Below, one piece after another: positions 1 through 8,922 of a stretch of DNA of 32,000 bases (position 1 is its first letter; each line of letters begins with the position of its first letter). The notes under the pieces were generated by a model. The model saw nothing but the letters and a program-made list of their open reading frames with translations, was not told the DNA's origin and did not search any database. The DNA comes from Erysipelothrix inopinata. Lineage in GTDB: Bacteria; Bacillota_I; Bacilli_A; Erysipelotrichales; Erysipelotrichaceae. A program made the translations under genes and the position numbers. The stretch is from NCBI RefSeq assembly GCF_014396165.1, contig NZ_CP060715.1:2040001-2072000 (forward strand). Direction: 5' to 3'.

Positions 1-1
1 T

Positions 2-310
2 TATTTGGAACAAGTTTTCTCAAGCCTAAAACAAGCAAACCTAGTAGATGCTATTAAAGGCCCTACAGGTGGATACTTTCTCAAGTCAAAAGAATGTAAC
101 ATGTACAACATTCTTAATGCTTTAGAGCCTTCTATGTTTGAAAAAACACCGCCATCAACTGATGACGATATTATAAACTCAGCATTATGTACACATTTGT
201 ATACACCACTTGATGAAGCATTAAAAGCAGAACTTAAAGAGATTAAACTAAAAGATATCGCCGAAATCATTAAAACTGAATCCGGCGACAATCATATGTA
301 TTATATTTAA
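2..310 (+). CDS. Rrf2-family transcriptional regulator, C-terminal part (5' end lies outside the window)
   Basis: The frame is open from the window edge. The segment LEQVFSSLKQANLVDAIKGPTGGYFL matches the wing/recognition region typical of Rrf2 (IscR/CymR-like) wHTH proteins. The stop TAA is at 308-310. Confidence 0.72.
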   Translation, partial: YLEQVFSSLKQANLVDAIKGPTGGYFLKSKECNMYNILNALEPSMFEKTPPSTDDDIINSALCTHLYTPLDEALKAELKEIKLKDIAEIIKTESGDNHMYYI

Positions 311-1641
311 TTTTCTTCAGACAAGGCATCTTCGATGTCTTGTTTTTCTTTGGTTACGCGTACCTTTGCAATCACTTTCTCATCCAAATCAATAATTGAG
401 AAACGATAATCGCCAAAGACTACATCCGATTCATCAGACTGTACGTCTTCTGCATTCGGAATTCTTCCCAGCTCACCAACAATAAAGCCACTCACGGTGT
501 CGTAATCATCTACAGGTAAATCAATTTCCAGGATATCTTCGAGATCTTCAAGATCTGCATTCCCTTCAACCAAGTATTCTCCAGGATGAACAAGAAGAAT
601 ATCTTCAATCTCTTCATCATCATACTCATCCATGATATTACCCATAATTTCTTCAATTAAATCTTCCAATGTTACGATACCAGCCGTTCCACCATATTCA
701 TCAATAACAACAGCAAAGTGTGTTTTCGCAAGTTGTAATTCTCTAAAGAGTTCATCGGTGCGTTTTGAATCAGGCACGAAGATTGGTTCACGCATAACTT
801 CTTTAATATTAAAGAGTTTTGGATTCTTCTCTTCGTTGATGAAGCGTAAAATATCTCGTAAATGAATCACACCAATGATATCATCAATGTTTTCTTCATA
901 AACTGGATAACGTGTAAAGCGTTCCTCATCAATCAAATCGAGTATTTCATCAAAGGTTGTATCAACATCGATACCAATGACATCCGTACGGTGTGTCATA
1001 ATATCCGATACATCTTGATTATCGAAATCAAAAATATTGTTGATCATTTCTTTTTCATTAATATCAATTTCACCCGCATCAACCATGATACGAATTTCTT
1101 CTTCTGTAACTTCGTCTTCAGTCTTATTCGGATCGATACCAATTATTCGTAAAACAACATTGGTTGAGAACGATAAGAATCGAACGAGAGGTTTCGTAAT
1201 AATTGACATAATCCAAATTGGATACACAACAAAGAATGCAAACTTCTCTGGGTTTGTCATGGCAATTCGTTTCGGAACGAGTTCTCCAAATACCAACATT
1301 AAATATGCGGTAATCAAAGAAATGATTAACATTGATATTGGTTTAACCATCGCAGATGTCATCCATCCATTATTGACAACCCAATCCGTAATCAATTGCG
1401 CAAACGCCTCGGAAGCAAACATCCCTGATAAAATACTTGCTAATGAAACACCAATTTGTATCGTAGATAAAAATCGGTTAGGAACTTCTTTAAGTTGTAG
1501 TACGATCGTTGCCTTGCGGTTTCCATCTTCAGCCATGCTCTTTAGTTTATTATTATTGATTGATACAAATGCTAATTCACTTCCTGCAAAAAATGCATTT
1601 AAAAGAATTAACACTAGTAATGTAATTACTTGACTTAACAT
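307..1641 (-). CDS. HlyC/CorC-family transporter (CNNM/DUF21 membrane domain + tandem CBS + CorC_HlyC C-terminal domain)
   Basis: 444-aa ORF with an N-terminal 4-TM DUF21-like region (LNAFFAGSELAF), a CBS pair (DIMTHRTDV, PVYEENIDDIIGVIHLRDIL), then FAVVIDEYGGTAGIVTLEDLIEEI and a C-terminal transporter-associated domain. RBS GAGGTGA lies upstream of the ATG at 1641. Confidence 0.9.
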   Translation of the reverse strand: MLSQVITLLVLILLNAFFAGSELAFVSINNNKLKSMAEDGNRKATIVLQLKEVPNRFLSTIQIGVSLASILSGMFASEAFAQLITDWVVNNGWMTSAMVKPISMLIISLITAYLMLVFGELVPKRIAMTNPEKFAFFVVYPIWIMSIITKPLVRFLSFSTNVVLRIIGIDPNKTEDEVTEEEIRIMVDAGEIDINEKEMINNIFDFDNQDVSDIMTHRTDVIGIDVDTTFDEILDLIDEERFTRYPVYEENIDDIIGVIHLRDILRFINEEKNPKLFNIKEVMREPIFVPDSKRTDELFRELQLAKTHFAVVIDEYGGTAGIVTLEDLIEEIMGNIMDEYDDEEIEDILLVHPGEYLVEGNADLEDLEDILEIDLPVDDYDTVSGFIVGELGRIPNAEDVQSDESDVVFGDYRFSIIDLDEKVIAKVRVTKEKQDIEDALSEEN

Positions 1642-1784
1642 AGTACATCACCTCGTAGAGCATCTTCTATTCTGCTGTTTATATTCATAGTAGGGTTAGG
1701 TAAACTACCCTCGTCACTGTTTTCCACAAACAATCCTCCGTTTATATATATCAAATATTTTACAAACTTCCCCAAATAAAGTCA

Positions 1785-1808
1785 ATAGGGTGACCTCTGT
1801 CACCCTAT
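1785..1808 (-). terminator. Rho-independent terminator after the ABC permease gene
   Basis: Perfect 10-bp stem ATAGGGTGAC / GTCACCCTAT with a 4-nt loop, 6 nt downstream of the permease stop, followed by a T-rich tract on the minus strand. Confidence 0.7.
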
Positions 1809-1813
1809 CTGAA

Positions 1814-4800
1814 TTAATCATCAAATGTCTTTAAAGCTTCACTCATATTGACATGATTGGTTCTTCGAGCCATCAATAAATTTATGATAATTGAAATAAT
1901 AAATGTTAGTGCAATTGAAGTCGCAACACTGGTCCATAAGAGCTCACGGTTAAACATAACCGCATCAATTTCAGCTTGTAAGATTACAAATTTATGGAGA
2001 TAATATCCAAAGAATACACCAAAGAAAAGGCTGAGTATGGTCAGGACAATATTTTCCCTCAAAATATATTGAGCAAGTTCTTTCGGATAAAATCCGAGAA
2101 CTTTAAGGGTTGCAAGTTCTTTTTGTCGCTCTGAAAGATTCATTGAAATTAAGTTTAATAATACAATAAGTTCTAATGCAAACGCAGCTCCGACTACAAC
2201 ATAGATGACAATATCAAAGTTACCCATTGCGTCTTGATAACTATCACGCATTTCTCTTAAAAACGATACTGAGAATACATCTGATTGTTCTAGCAAGGTT
2301 GTTTTAAATGTATCAGATGCTTCATCAGTTTGAAACAAGATGACATTATCTTTAACTTCATTGCCAGTAACACGTTGATACGTTTCATCACTCATATAAG
2401 CATAGTGCATTACATAGTTTTCAACAACTCCTGTAATTGGAACTTGATACTCACGGTCCAAAATTTCGAATGTGAATGAATCCCCCACATTTAAATCCTC
2501 TAGAATTGCGAGTTTTTCAGATATAATAACACCACTGTTATCAACTACGATATCATCATGTGATTTACGATCCTTAAAGTTAATAAATTGGTTAAGATTT
2601 TTGAGATCATCCGCCACAAACAGTTGCGCATCTCGTGTTCCTACAGTAATACCTTCAGACATGATTTCAATGCTGCCATCTAATTCTACTTTTGTTAAAT
2701 CAACGGAACCATTATAAGTAATCATTCCATCATAATTGATGACTTGATCGAAATGCTTATCAATAATAGAGTAGATTGAATGGCGTAATCCAAATCCTGT
2801 AATGAGAAGTCCACAACAACCACCAATACCAATTACTGTCATTAAGAATCGCGTCTTATTTCTAAAGAGATTTCGCATACTTACTTTATAAAGAAAACTC
2901 ATTCGTTCCCATAAGAATGTGATTCTTTCTAAGAAAATACGTTGACCTGACTTTGGAAGTGGCGGTCTTAGTAAATTCGCAGTCATTTCGCGACTAACTT
3001 TCATTGATCGAACCATCGCAATTCCAACTGAAGAAAGGAAACTTACCAATAAGGGTAACCAAGCATAAGACAGAATAATACCTGTTTCTAATTCTGGTGT
3101 TAAGTACATAATCCGATAGGCATCATAAATTAGAGTAGGTATAAAATAAAATCCTAATGCAATACCGAGAATTGATCCCAAAAACCAAGCAATGAATGCA
3201 AATCCAACAAATTTCAATGAGGTCTTAAACCAAGAGTATCCTAAGGCTTTATAAACTCCGATTTGCATTCTCGATTCGTCAACCATTCTGGACACAGTAC
3301 TTAAAGTTACAAGTATCGCAACACCAAAGAAGATAAGCGGGAATACTTGGCCTATCGCTTCAATTCGGTCACTGTCTTGATAAAATTCACGATAACCAAT
3401 TAAGACATCTTCACGCCCAAGTACGAATGCCTTACCTGTTCGGTTTGCCTCAATTTCTCCATAACCTTCATCAATTTTCTGTTGTGCTTCATCTATTTTT
3501 GAAAATGCATTGGCACGCTCCGAGCGATAGGTTTCTTCTTGTTTCGTATAAGTTGCAAGTCCTTCATCATATGTTTTTGACACATCCAATAACACAGCTG
3601 AGTTTGTTCTGATTTCTCCAAAGAGTGTATCAATTTCAGTTTGTTTAGCGTCAATTTGAGCAAGAACATCGGTAAGCTTTGTTTGAGCTTCAATCAAAGG
3701 TTGTTCTTTTTTTTCTATTTCTGCAAGTCCAGCTTTAACCATTTCGAATTGTTTTACTAATTCTGGATAGGCAGGTGACGACGGATCAGTACTTTCAATT
3801 GCTTGTTCCAATTCATCATATTGTTTTTGAAGCGGATCTTTTTGCGCTTTAATTTGAGCTAATCCTGCTTCAACTTCAGTTTGTTTCTTAGTTAACTCAC
3901 CACGTTGCTTATCTAATTCAGCCTGTGCAGTGACTTGTTTTTCTTGAGAAACTCTCAAGACATCACCAATTTGTTTTTCGAAAGATCCTGCAGCCAGTTC
4001 CATATCAAGGCCTTGTGCCATTTTATAGATACCATCATCAATCGTTGTATAGAGTCCATCTAGTTTAGATTTTCCCTCATTTAATTGCTTTTTTGCGTCT
4101 GCAAATTGCGTTTCAGCTTCTTCGCGTGCAGTTTTTAATTCTGCTTCAGCATCTTTCAGTTTTTCAAGTTCAGGAGCTATCGCTCTTTCATAACGTGCTT
4201 GTGTTAAAACATCTTCCGAAGCTTTAACTTTCTTAATTTCCGCATCAACATCTGCACCTTCGTTTAAGTAAAAACGAGCACTGGTGTAGATATCATGCTT
4301 AGCTACTGGTTCATTTATATATAGAAAGCCAAGAATGTTACCCGAACCAATTTGTGAATTACCACGTTCTAAATTCATATAACGACTTGATTCTACAAAG
4401 CCAACGACTTTATAAGACTCCGCTTCAAATACATCGTTATCTTTAATCTCAACAATATCACCAAGTTTTAGTCCACGTTGGTCCTTAAGGATGTGGTCAG
4501 CCACCAATTCATGTGATTGTTTTGGAAGTTCTCCTTCAATTAAGGTGGTGTCTTGACCTGTTAGTTCCGTATATTCAATGAGTTTCATCACACCATCAAA
4601 CGAGTTTGACTTAACAAAGCTATCGGTATCATTAACACCTACTGCTTTTCCATCTACAAGTTCACTTAACGATTCAATCATGGCATCATCAATTCCTAAA
4701 GTATGACGAAATTCCATGTTTAAAACATCGTGAGTTTCCATGTATAGGTCTGCCGTTTTACGCATGTCATAGCCTGTTACACGGATTCCCACAAAGAAAC

Positions 4801-4882
4801 CAACACCCAGACATGTAATTAAAAGGATGGCTACAAACTGCAGCCATTTTGCTTTAATTTCACGAAGTATATCCTTTACCAT
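1814..4882 (-). CDS. MacB/FtsX-type ABC transporter permease, 1022 aa, with two FtsX 4-TM modules and a long coiled-coil insertion in the first extracytoplasmic domain
   Basis: An N-terminal TM is followed by a MacB_PCD-like domain, about 270 aa of heptad-rich sequence (residues ~212-480), an FtsX-like TM bundle, a second extracytoplasmic domain and a second FtsX bundle. The start overlaps the ATPase stop by 7 nt (ATGGTAA). Confidence 0.9.
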   Translation of the reverse strand: MVKDILREIKAKWLQFVAILLITCLGVGFFVGIRVTGYDMRKTADLYMETHDVLNMEFRHTLGIDDAMIESLSELVDGKAVGVNDTDSFVKSNSFDGVMKLIEYTELTGQDTTLIEGELPKQSHELVADHILKDQRGLKLGDIVEIKDNDVFEAESYKVVGFVESSRYMNLERGNSQIGSGNILGFLYINEPVAKHDIYTSARFYLNEGADVDAEIKKVKASEDVLTQARYERAIAPELEKLKDAEAELKTAREEAETQFADAKKQLNEGKSKLDGLYTTIDDGIYKMAQGLDMELAAGSFEKQIGDVLRVSQEKQVTAQAELDKQRGELTKKQTEVEAGLAQIKAQKDPLQKQYDELEQAIESTDPSSPAYPELVKQFEMVKAGLAEIEKKEQPLIEAQTKLTDVLAQIDAKQTEIDTLFGEIRTNSAVLLDVSKTYDEGLATYTKQEETYRSERANAFSKIDEAQQKIDEGYGEIEANRTGKAFVLGREDVLIGYREFYQDSDRIEAIGQVFPLIFFGVAILVTLSTVSRMVDESRMQIGVYKALGYSWFKTSLKFVGFAFIAWFLGSILGIALGFYFIPTLIYDAYRIMYLTPELETGIILSYAWLPLLVSFLSSVGIAMVRSMKVSREMTANLLRPPLPKSGQRIFLERITFLWERMSFLYKVSMRNLFRNKTRFLMTVIGIGGCCGLLITGFGLRHSIYSIIDKHFDQVINYDGMITYNGSVDLTKVELDGSIEIMSEGITVGTRDAQLFVADDLKNLNQFINFKDRKSHDDIVVDNSGVIISEKLAILEDLNVGDSFTFEILDREYQVPITGVVENYVMHYAYMSDETYQRVTGNEVKDNVILFQTDEASDTFKTTLLEQSDVFSVSFLREMRDSYQDAMGNFDIVIYVVVGAAFALELIVLLNLISMNLSERQKELATLKVLGFYPKELAQYILRENIVLTILSLFFGVFFGYYLHKFVILQAEIDAVMFNRELLWTSVATSIALTFIISIIINLLMARRTNHVNMSEALKTFDD

Positions 4883-5577
4883 ACAATTTCATCTACATCT
4901 TTCACATCATTATTAAGACGATCTGATTCAACACGACCATTCTTAATTTCGATAACGCGATCTGCGAGTTGTGTAATGGTTTGATTATGAGTAATGACAA
5001 CAACTGTCATGCGATAGATATCCGAACACTCTCTCAATACTTTAAGAATTTGTTGCCCTGTTTCTGTATCTAATGCCCCTGTTGGTTCATCACATAGTAA
5101 CAACTTTGGGTTTTTAGCAATTGCCCGAGCAATCGCAACACGTTGTTGTTCCCCACCGCTCATCTGTGCTGGGAAGTTATTCATTCGATCTTTTAATCCC
5201 ACTTGTTCAAGAACCTCTTGGGGATTCATAGCATCTTTACAAATTTGTGTCGCAAGTTCGACATTTTCAATCGCCGTTAAGTTAGGAATTAAATTATACG
5301 ATTGGAATACAAAGCCAACATCATCACGACGATACTGTGTCATTTCTTTATCATTCAGATTCGAGATTTCTTTACCTGATATTTTCACTGATCCAGATGT
5401 TGGCTTGTCCATGCCACCCAGGATATTCATGACGGTTGTCTTACCAGCTCCCGAAGGACCGACAATCACGACAAACTCACCTTCATCGATTGCGAGAGAA
5501 ACACCATCTGAGGCTTTTATCTCAACATTTCCGACTTGGTATACTTTTTTCATATCATTAATTTGAATATAACTCAT
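4876..5577 (-). CDS. ABC transporter ATP-binding protein (MacB/LolD-like)
   Basis: Walker [11 protein letters not shown]-loop, signature [14 protein letters not shown], Walker [13 protein letters not shown] and an H-loop ITHN. RBS GGAGAAG is 5 nt upstream. The start overlaps the cca stop (ATGA). Confidence 0.95.
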   Translation of the reverse strand: MSYIQINDMKKVYQVGNVEIKASDGVSLAIDEGEFVVIVGPSGAGKTTVMNILGGMDKPTSGSVKISGKEISNLNDKEMTQYRRDDVGFVFQSYNLIPNLTAIENVELATQICKDAMNPQEVLEQVGLKDRMNNFPAQMSGGEQQRVAIARAIAKNPKLLLCDEPTGALDTETGQQILKVLRECSDIYRMTVVVITHNQTITQLADRVIEIKNGRVESDRLNNDVKDVDEIVW

Positions 5578-6893
5578 TGATACTTCTCCTTTACATAACG
5601 AATGAGAGCCTTATGATCATTTTCAACTTTCTGATAGATTACTTGTTCTAAGAGTTCGTTTAAAACTTTATTAATCATTTCTAGTTTGATTCCCATTTTC
5701 TTAAGTAAGTTTCCATTAATTGCAAGGTCTGTTACTTCAGTTGGGTCCTCATTCACTTCAATTTCTTCTAAAATACGCATGAAATGGTTGCAACGTTCCA
5801 ATTGATAATTAGCTTGGAATGACTTCGCCATATTATCTGCACGCTTAAATAAAACCAAATCTTTAGCATATTCCATATTACTGTTTTTAACTAAGAGTTG
5901 TAAATCTTCTTTTGTTGGTTGTAGTTTCAAACCATGATTTTCAATCAGCCACAACATCTTTTGTTTTTCTTTCTTTGCAAAACCATAACGACTTAAGATT
6001 TTGTTAGCCTTAATACTGCTAAGCTTTGCATGCTCTGGGTAATGCGCAATGCCTTCATCATCAAAGACTTGCGTCTCGATTTTTCCAAGATCATGGAATA
6101 ATGCAACCCAACGATAGTTCGCTTCTTTGGGTAAATAGTTCATACAGATTACTGTATGTTTGTATAAATCATATTCGTGATACGGATTGTGTTGATCAAA
6201 ACCAATCATTGTATTCACATCTTTAAAGATTGATCCTAAAAATTCAGGATAACCCATCGCTGTTTCTAAAAAATAACACCCTACGAAGTAACGGTCCAAT
6301 TCTTGACGAATCAAACTCTTGGAAAGCCCCTTCATAAGCTTGGTTAACTTTAAAGCAGCACTTTCCGTTTCCGGTTCAAGTGCAAATCCAGTTTCAGAGC
6401 GGAATCGAAACAGTCGTGCAACACGAATTGGATCTTCTCTAAACCGAATCATTGGATCGCCAATACATCTTAAAATTTGATCTTTAAGATCTTGATATCC
6501 ATTATAAGGATCAATCAATCCTTCATCTAAATCATAATAAAGTGCATTAATTGTGAAGTCACGTCGCTTTGCATCCTCATATACGTCGTCAACAAAAGTA
6601 ACAGTATCCGGATGACGTACTGTTTTATCATAACTTTCGACACGCATGGTAGTGATTTCTACATTGTAGGGTTCAACTGTAAATTGAACACCATACTGAT
6701 TCTTTTTATAATTATTATAATCTTTAAATATTTTATCGAGCAGTTCGGGTGTCGCACTGGTAGCAATATCCAGATCATCCGAAGTATATCCTAGTAGTGC
6801 ATCTCTAACAAATCCACCCACTATATATGCTTGGTAAGACTGACTGTGTAATGCTTGGAAAACATCTTGAATTTCGGGTTCTAAGTTTATCAT
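5574..6893 (-). CDS. cca: CCA tRNA nucleotidyltransferase / poly(A) polymerase family protein with HD domain
   Basis: Motifs GGFVRD, DLDIAT, RRDFTINA and a later HD motif (LFHDLGK). The start is assigned to the ATG at 6891-6893 (MINLEPEIQ) because a GGAGGTG RBS sits 4 nt upstream. The longer ORF to 6971 has no RBS. Confidence 0.85.
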   Translation of the reverse strand: MINLEPEIQDVFQALHSQSYQAYIVGGFVRDALLGYTSDDLDIATSATPELLDKIFKDYNNYKKNQYGVQFTVEPYNVEITTMRVESYDKTVRHPDTVTFVDDVYEDAKRRDFTINALYYDLDEGLIDPYNGYQDLKDQILRCIGDPMIRFREDPIRVARLFRFRSETGFALEPETESAALKLTKLMKGLSKSLIRQELDRYFVGCYFLETAMGYPEFLGSIFKDVNTMIGFDQHNPYHEYDLYKHTVICMNYLPKEANYRWVALFHDLGKIETQVFDDEGIAHYPEHAKLSSIKANKILSRYGFAKKEKQKMLWLIENHGLKLQPTKEDLQLLVKNSNMEYAKDLVLFKRADNMAKSFQANYQLERCNHFMRILEEIEVNEDPTEVTDLAINGNLLKKMGIKLEMINKVLNELLEQVIYQKVENDHKALIRYVKEKYQ

Positions 6894-7077
6894 AAGACAC
6901 CTCCGCGTAATTATTGTAACATAACAATGTTTTAGTGTAACTTGAATCTCTTTAAATATGAGTGATTTCATGGTGTCATATGTTTACAGATTCACACGTA
7001 GTCCACTTTTGGTTCATATTATACACCTTTTACAAAAAGATTGAAGATAATATATAAAGATTCAAAACTTATCTCTA

Positions 7078-7086
7078 TGGTATAAT
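7078..7086 (+). promoter_or_regulatory. Candidate extended -10 promoter element (TGgTATAAT) upstream of the XRE regulator gene
   Basis: This is an exact TGnTATAAT with a weak -35. An alternative TTGACA (7141-7146) with GATAGT/TAGTAT 17-19 nt downstream also exists. This is a motif-only call. Confidence 0.3.
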
Positions 7087-7218
7087 TAAATTCTGAAAAC
7101 CATCATAATCTACACTGTTTACGTCTTTTGCAACCCTCAGTTGACATATTATACGGTACAGATGATAGTATGCAACAGCACGGATTGGTAGAATTAAATC
7201 ATCAGAAGGAGGACGTTT

Positions 7219-8181
7219 ATGATATTAGCAGATAAGATTATTAAACATCGAAAACAATTAGGTTATAGCCAGGAAGAATTAGCAGATAAGCTCGGAGTCT
7301 CACGACAAGCCGTGTCGAAATGGGAGAGTACACTTTCTATTCCTGACTTGGATAAAATTATTAAAATGAGTCAATTATTTGGAGTTAGCACGGACTATTT
7401 AGTTCTAGATGATGTAGAGGATGCAACACCATCCATCGAAGCAGATGATTTAACTCCAACATTAAATCTTGATGAAACGAATCATTATATGGATACGGTA
7501 GCACGTGCAGCCATTAAGATTGCATTTGGAACGCTACTTTGTATTATCTCACCCATTCCATTGATTGTATTAACAAGTATGGTTGAAAATAAAAGCACTC
7601 AGATTTCTGAATCGGTTGCCTCAGGAATCGGTCTCATATTCTTAATTGTAGTTGTCGCGATTGCAGTTGGTCACTTTATTTATTACGGAATGCAACTTAG
7701 TGAGTTCCAATACTTAGATCAAGAGCCGTTTAATTTAGCCTATGGTGTTGAAGGTATTGTTAGACAACGTAAAAAAAGCTTCGAACAGAAATATCGGATA
7801 ACACTGATTATCGGAATTGGCTTATGCATTTTATCCGTATTACCAATCTTTTTTATGATGATGTTGAATCGTCCTGAAGATGAGTATTTCATTGCCATTG
7901 CTTTACTTCTAATTTTAGTTTCAATTGGTGTCTCATTTATTATTAAAGTAGGGATGGTTTATGGAAGTTATAAAAAACTTCTTCAAGAAGGTGACTATCA
8001 AGTTGCTCGAAAAACAAATCGCAAGAAAATGGATCGTATCAGTGGTGCTTACTGGTGTACCATCACCGCAATTTATTTAGCAGTTAGCTTCTTAACCTTT
8101 GCATGGCATATCACATGGGTTATCTGGGTCGTTGCTGGTGTTTTATATGGCGCCATTGAAGCTTTATTTGGTGATAACTAA
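7219..8181 (+). CDS. XRE-family HTH transcriptional regulator fused to a multi-pass membrane domain
   Basis: The N-terminus KHRKQLGYSQEELADKLGVSRQAVSKWESTLSIPDLDKIIKMSQLFGVSTDYL is a canonical Cro/C1 HTH. It is followed by about 6 hydrophobic helices. RBS AAGGAGG lies upstream. Confidence 0.88.
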   Translation: MILADKIIKHRKQLGYSQEELADKLGVSRQAVSKWESTLSIPDLDKIIKMSQLFGVSTDYLVLDDVEDATPSIEADDLTPTLNLDETNHYMDTVARAAIKIAFGTLLCIISPIPLIVLTSMVENKSTQISESVASGIGLIFLIVVVAIAVGHFIYYGMQLSEFQYLDQEPFNLAYGVEGIVRQRKKSFEQKYRITLIIGIGLCILSVLPIFFMMMLNRPEDEYFIAIALLLILVSIGVSFIIKVGMVYGSYKKLLQEGDYQVARKTNRKKMDRISGAYWCTITAIYLAVSFLTFAWHITWVIWVVAGVLYGAIEALFGDN

Positions 8182-8187
8182 GACTTA

Positions 8188-8213
8188 GGGTCAGAAACTT
8201 TGGTTTCTGACCC
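8188..8213. terminator. Stem-loop between convergent genes (bidirectional terminator candidate)
   Basis: Perfect 11-bp stem GGGTCAGAAAC / GTTTCTGACCC with loop TTTG, lying 7 nt after the + gene stop and 3 nt after the - gene stop. The flanking T-runs are weak. Confidence 0.6.
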
Positions 8214-8215
8214 TA

Positions 8216-8836
8216 TTATATCCATTGATATTGATGACACCAGTGGTCATCTCTTTTTATATACTCAAGACATTCTGGCATGTCGTCTTTTGATGTCACG
8301 ATAAATTCAAATTTATGTGGCTTAATGATAAATAATGTCCAATTTGGATTTATTTCTTGATCCCGATTTTCAATTTCTTGTTTTTTCCATGCAAAACGAG
8401 CACATGCTTCAAACTTTGAAACTACAGGCTGGGGGTAGTCACTGATTAACGAATAAGCTCTCACACTACTATCTTGCTTTAAATAATTCCTAAGACTATC
8501 TTGAACACGTGTTATTTCAATAGTACCTTGTAGGTTTGCTTGTTGATAGGTATCATAATTATTAAAACTCAAACTAACACTTTGAGACTCTGTTAAGTCC
8601 ATCCAGAAACTATCTATGTTCATGGCAATATAGAAATTACCGAATGCATCAATAGATTCAATCTTGAGTGATCGAGATTTTAACGCTCCATCTCTATCAA
8701 GCATTGACAGTGTACCCACGAGTTCAGATTCTTCATGATGGTAAAACCACTTTTCTAACAAATCACTGGGATAATTCGGTAGCGATTTCCAATAATTACG
8801 TACTGTATTTTCGTTTGAGTTCCTATGTTGAGTCAT
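8216..8836 (-). CDS. Pyridoxamine 5'-phosphate oxidase-like (FMN-binding split-barrel) protein, divergent
   Basis: The layout resembles PdxH. There is a central split-barrel region (VGTLSMLDRDGALKSRSLKI ... VSLSF ... QANLQGTIEI). The C-terminal segment NWTLFIIKPHKFEFI ... YIKRDDHWCHQYQWI resembles the PNPOx C-terminal dimerisation motif (W..f.i.P..iEFW ... Y.r....W). The start is set to the second ATG (8836), which is 7 nt from GGAGG. The first ATG (8842) is only 1 nt from the RBS. Confidence 0.55.
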   Translation of the reverse strand: MTQHRNSNENTVRNYWKSLPNYPSDLLEKWFYHHEESELVGTLSMLDRDGALKSRSLKIESIDAFGNFYIAMNIDSFWMDLTESQSVSLSFNNYDTYQQANLQGTIEITRVQDSLRNYLKQDSSVRAYSLISDYPQPVVSKFEACARFAWKKQEIENRDQEINPNWTLFIIKPHKFEFIVTSKDDMPECLEYIKRDDHWCHQYQWI

Positions 8837-8880
8837 ATTCATACCTCCTAAGAATGACGTTGTAAATCAATTACAAAATC

Positions 8881-8911
8881 ATTGTAGGGTATGGAACGCG
8901 TTTCATGTCAA
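8881..8911 (-). promoter_or_regulatory. Sigma-A-type promoter for the PNPOx-like gene (TTGACA - 19 nt - TACAAT)
   Basis: The minus strand reads TTGACAtgaaacgcgttccatacccTACAAT. The -35 is perfect and the -10 matches 5 of 6. The spacer is slightly long at 19 nt. Confidence 0.6.
8891..8906. promoter_or_regulatory. LacI/CcpA-type palindromic operator ATGGAACGCGTTTCAT
   Basis: 16-bp near-perfect inverted repeat (14 of 16 symmetric) with the central CG typical of LacI-family operators and cre sites. It lies entirely inside the promoter spacer and touches the -35 hexamer. The position is 15 nt downstream of the LacI-family gene stop. Confidence 0.6.
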
Positions 8912-8922
8912 CACTCAATTAT

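Noticed and set aside
307-310. Convergent Rrf2 and CNNM genes share overlapping stop codons (TTAA) with no terminator between them.
   Set aside because: The observation is real, but it is a common compact arrangement. It has no clear functional implication beyond possible transcriptional interference.
1037-1633. Plus-strand ORFs of 60-200 aa lying antisense inside long minus-strand genes. Examples: 632-865, 862-1152, 1037-1633, 2472-2717, 13734-14159, 14071-14682, 16270-16596 and 25789-26136.
   Set aside because: Their translations are low-complexity and rich in Ile, Phe, Ser and Leu, with no motifs or RBS. Each is fully covered by a well-supported gene on the other strand. These are typical shadow ORFs of AT-rich DNA.
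1642-1784. The roughly 140-nt leader upstream of the CNNM/CorC gene, considered as a possible Mg2+ or Mn2+ riboswitch (M-box or yybP-ykoY type).
   Set aside because: I could not find the conserved cores of either riboswitch class. The only structure is a weak 5-bp stem (AGGGT/ACCCT). The region is more simply a promoter plus a short leader.
6894-6971. A longer N-terminal extension of the cca ORF (MKSLIFKEIQVTLKHCYVTIITRRCL).
   Set aside because: There is no RBS before the ATG at 6971, whereas GGAGGTG precedes the ATG at 6893. The family N-terminus begins close to the GGxVRD motif.
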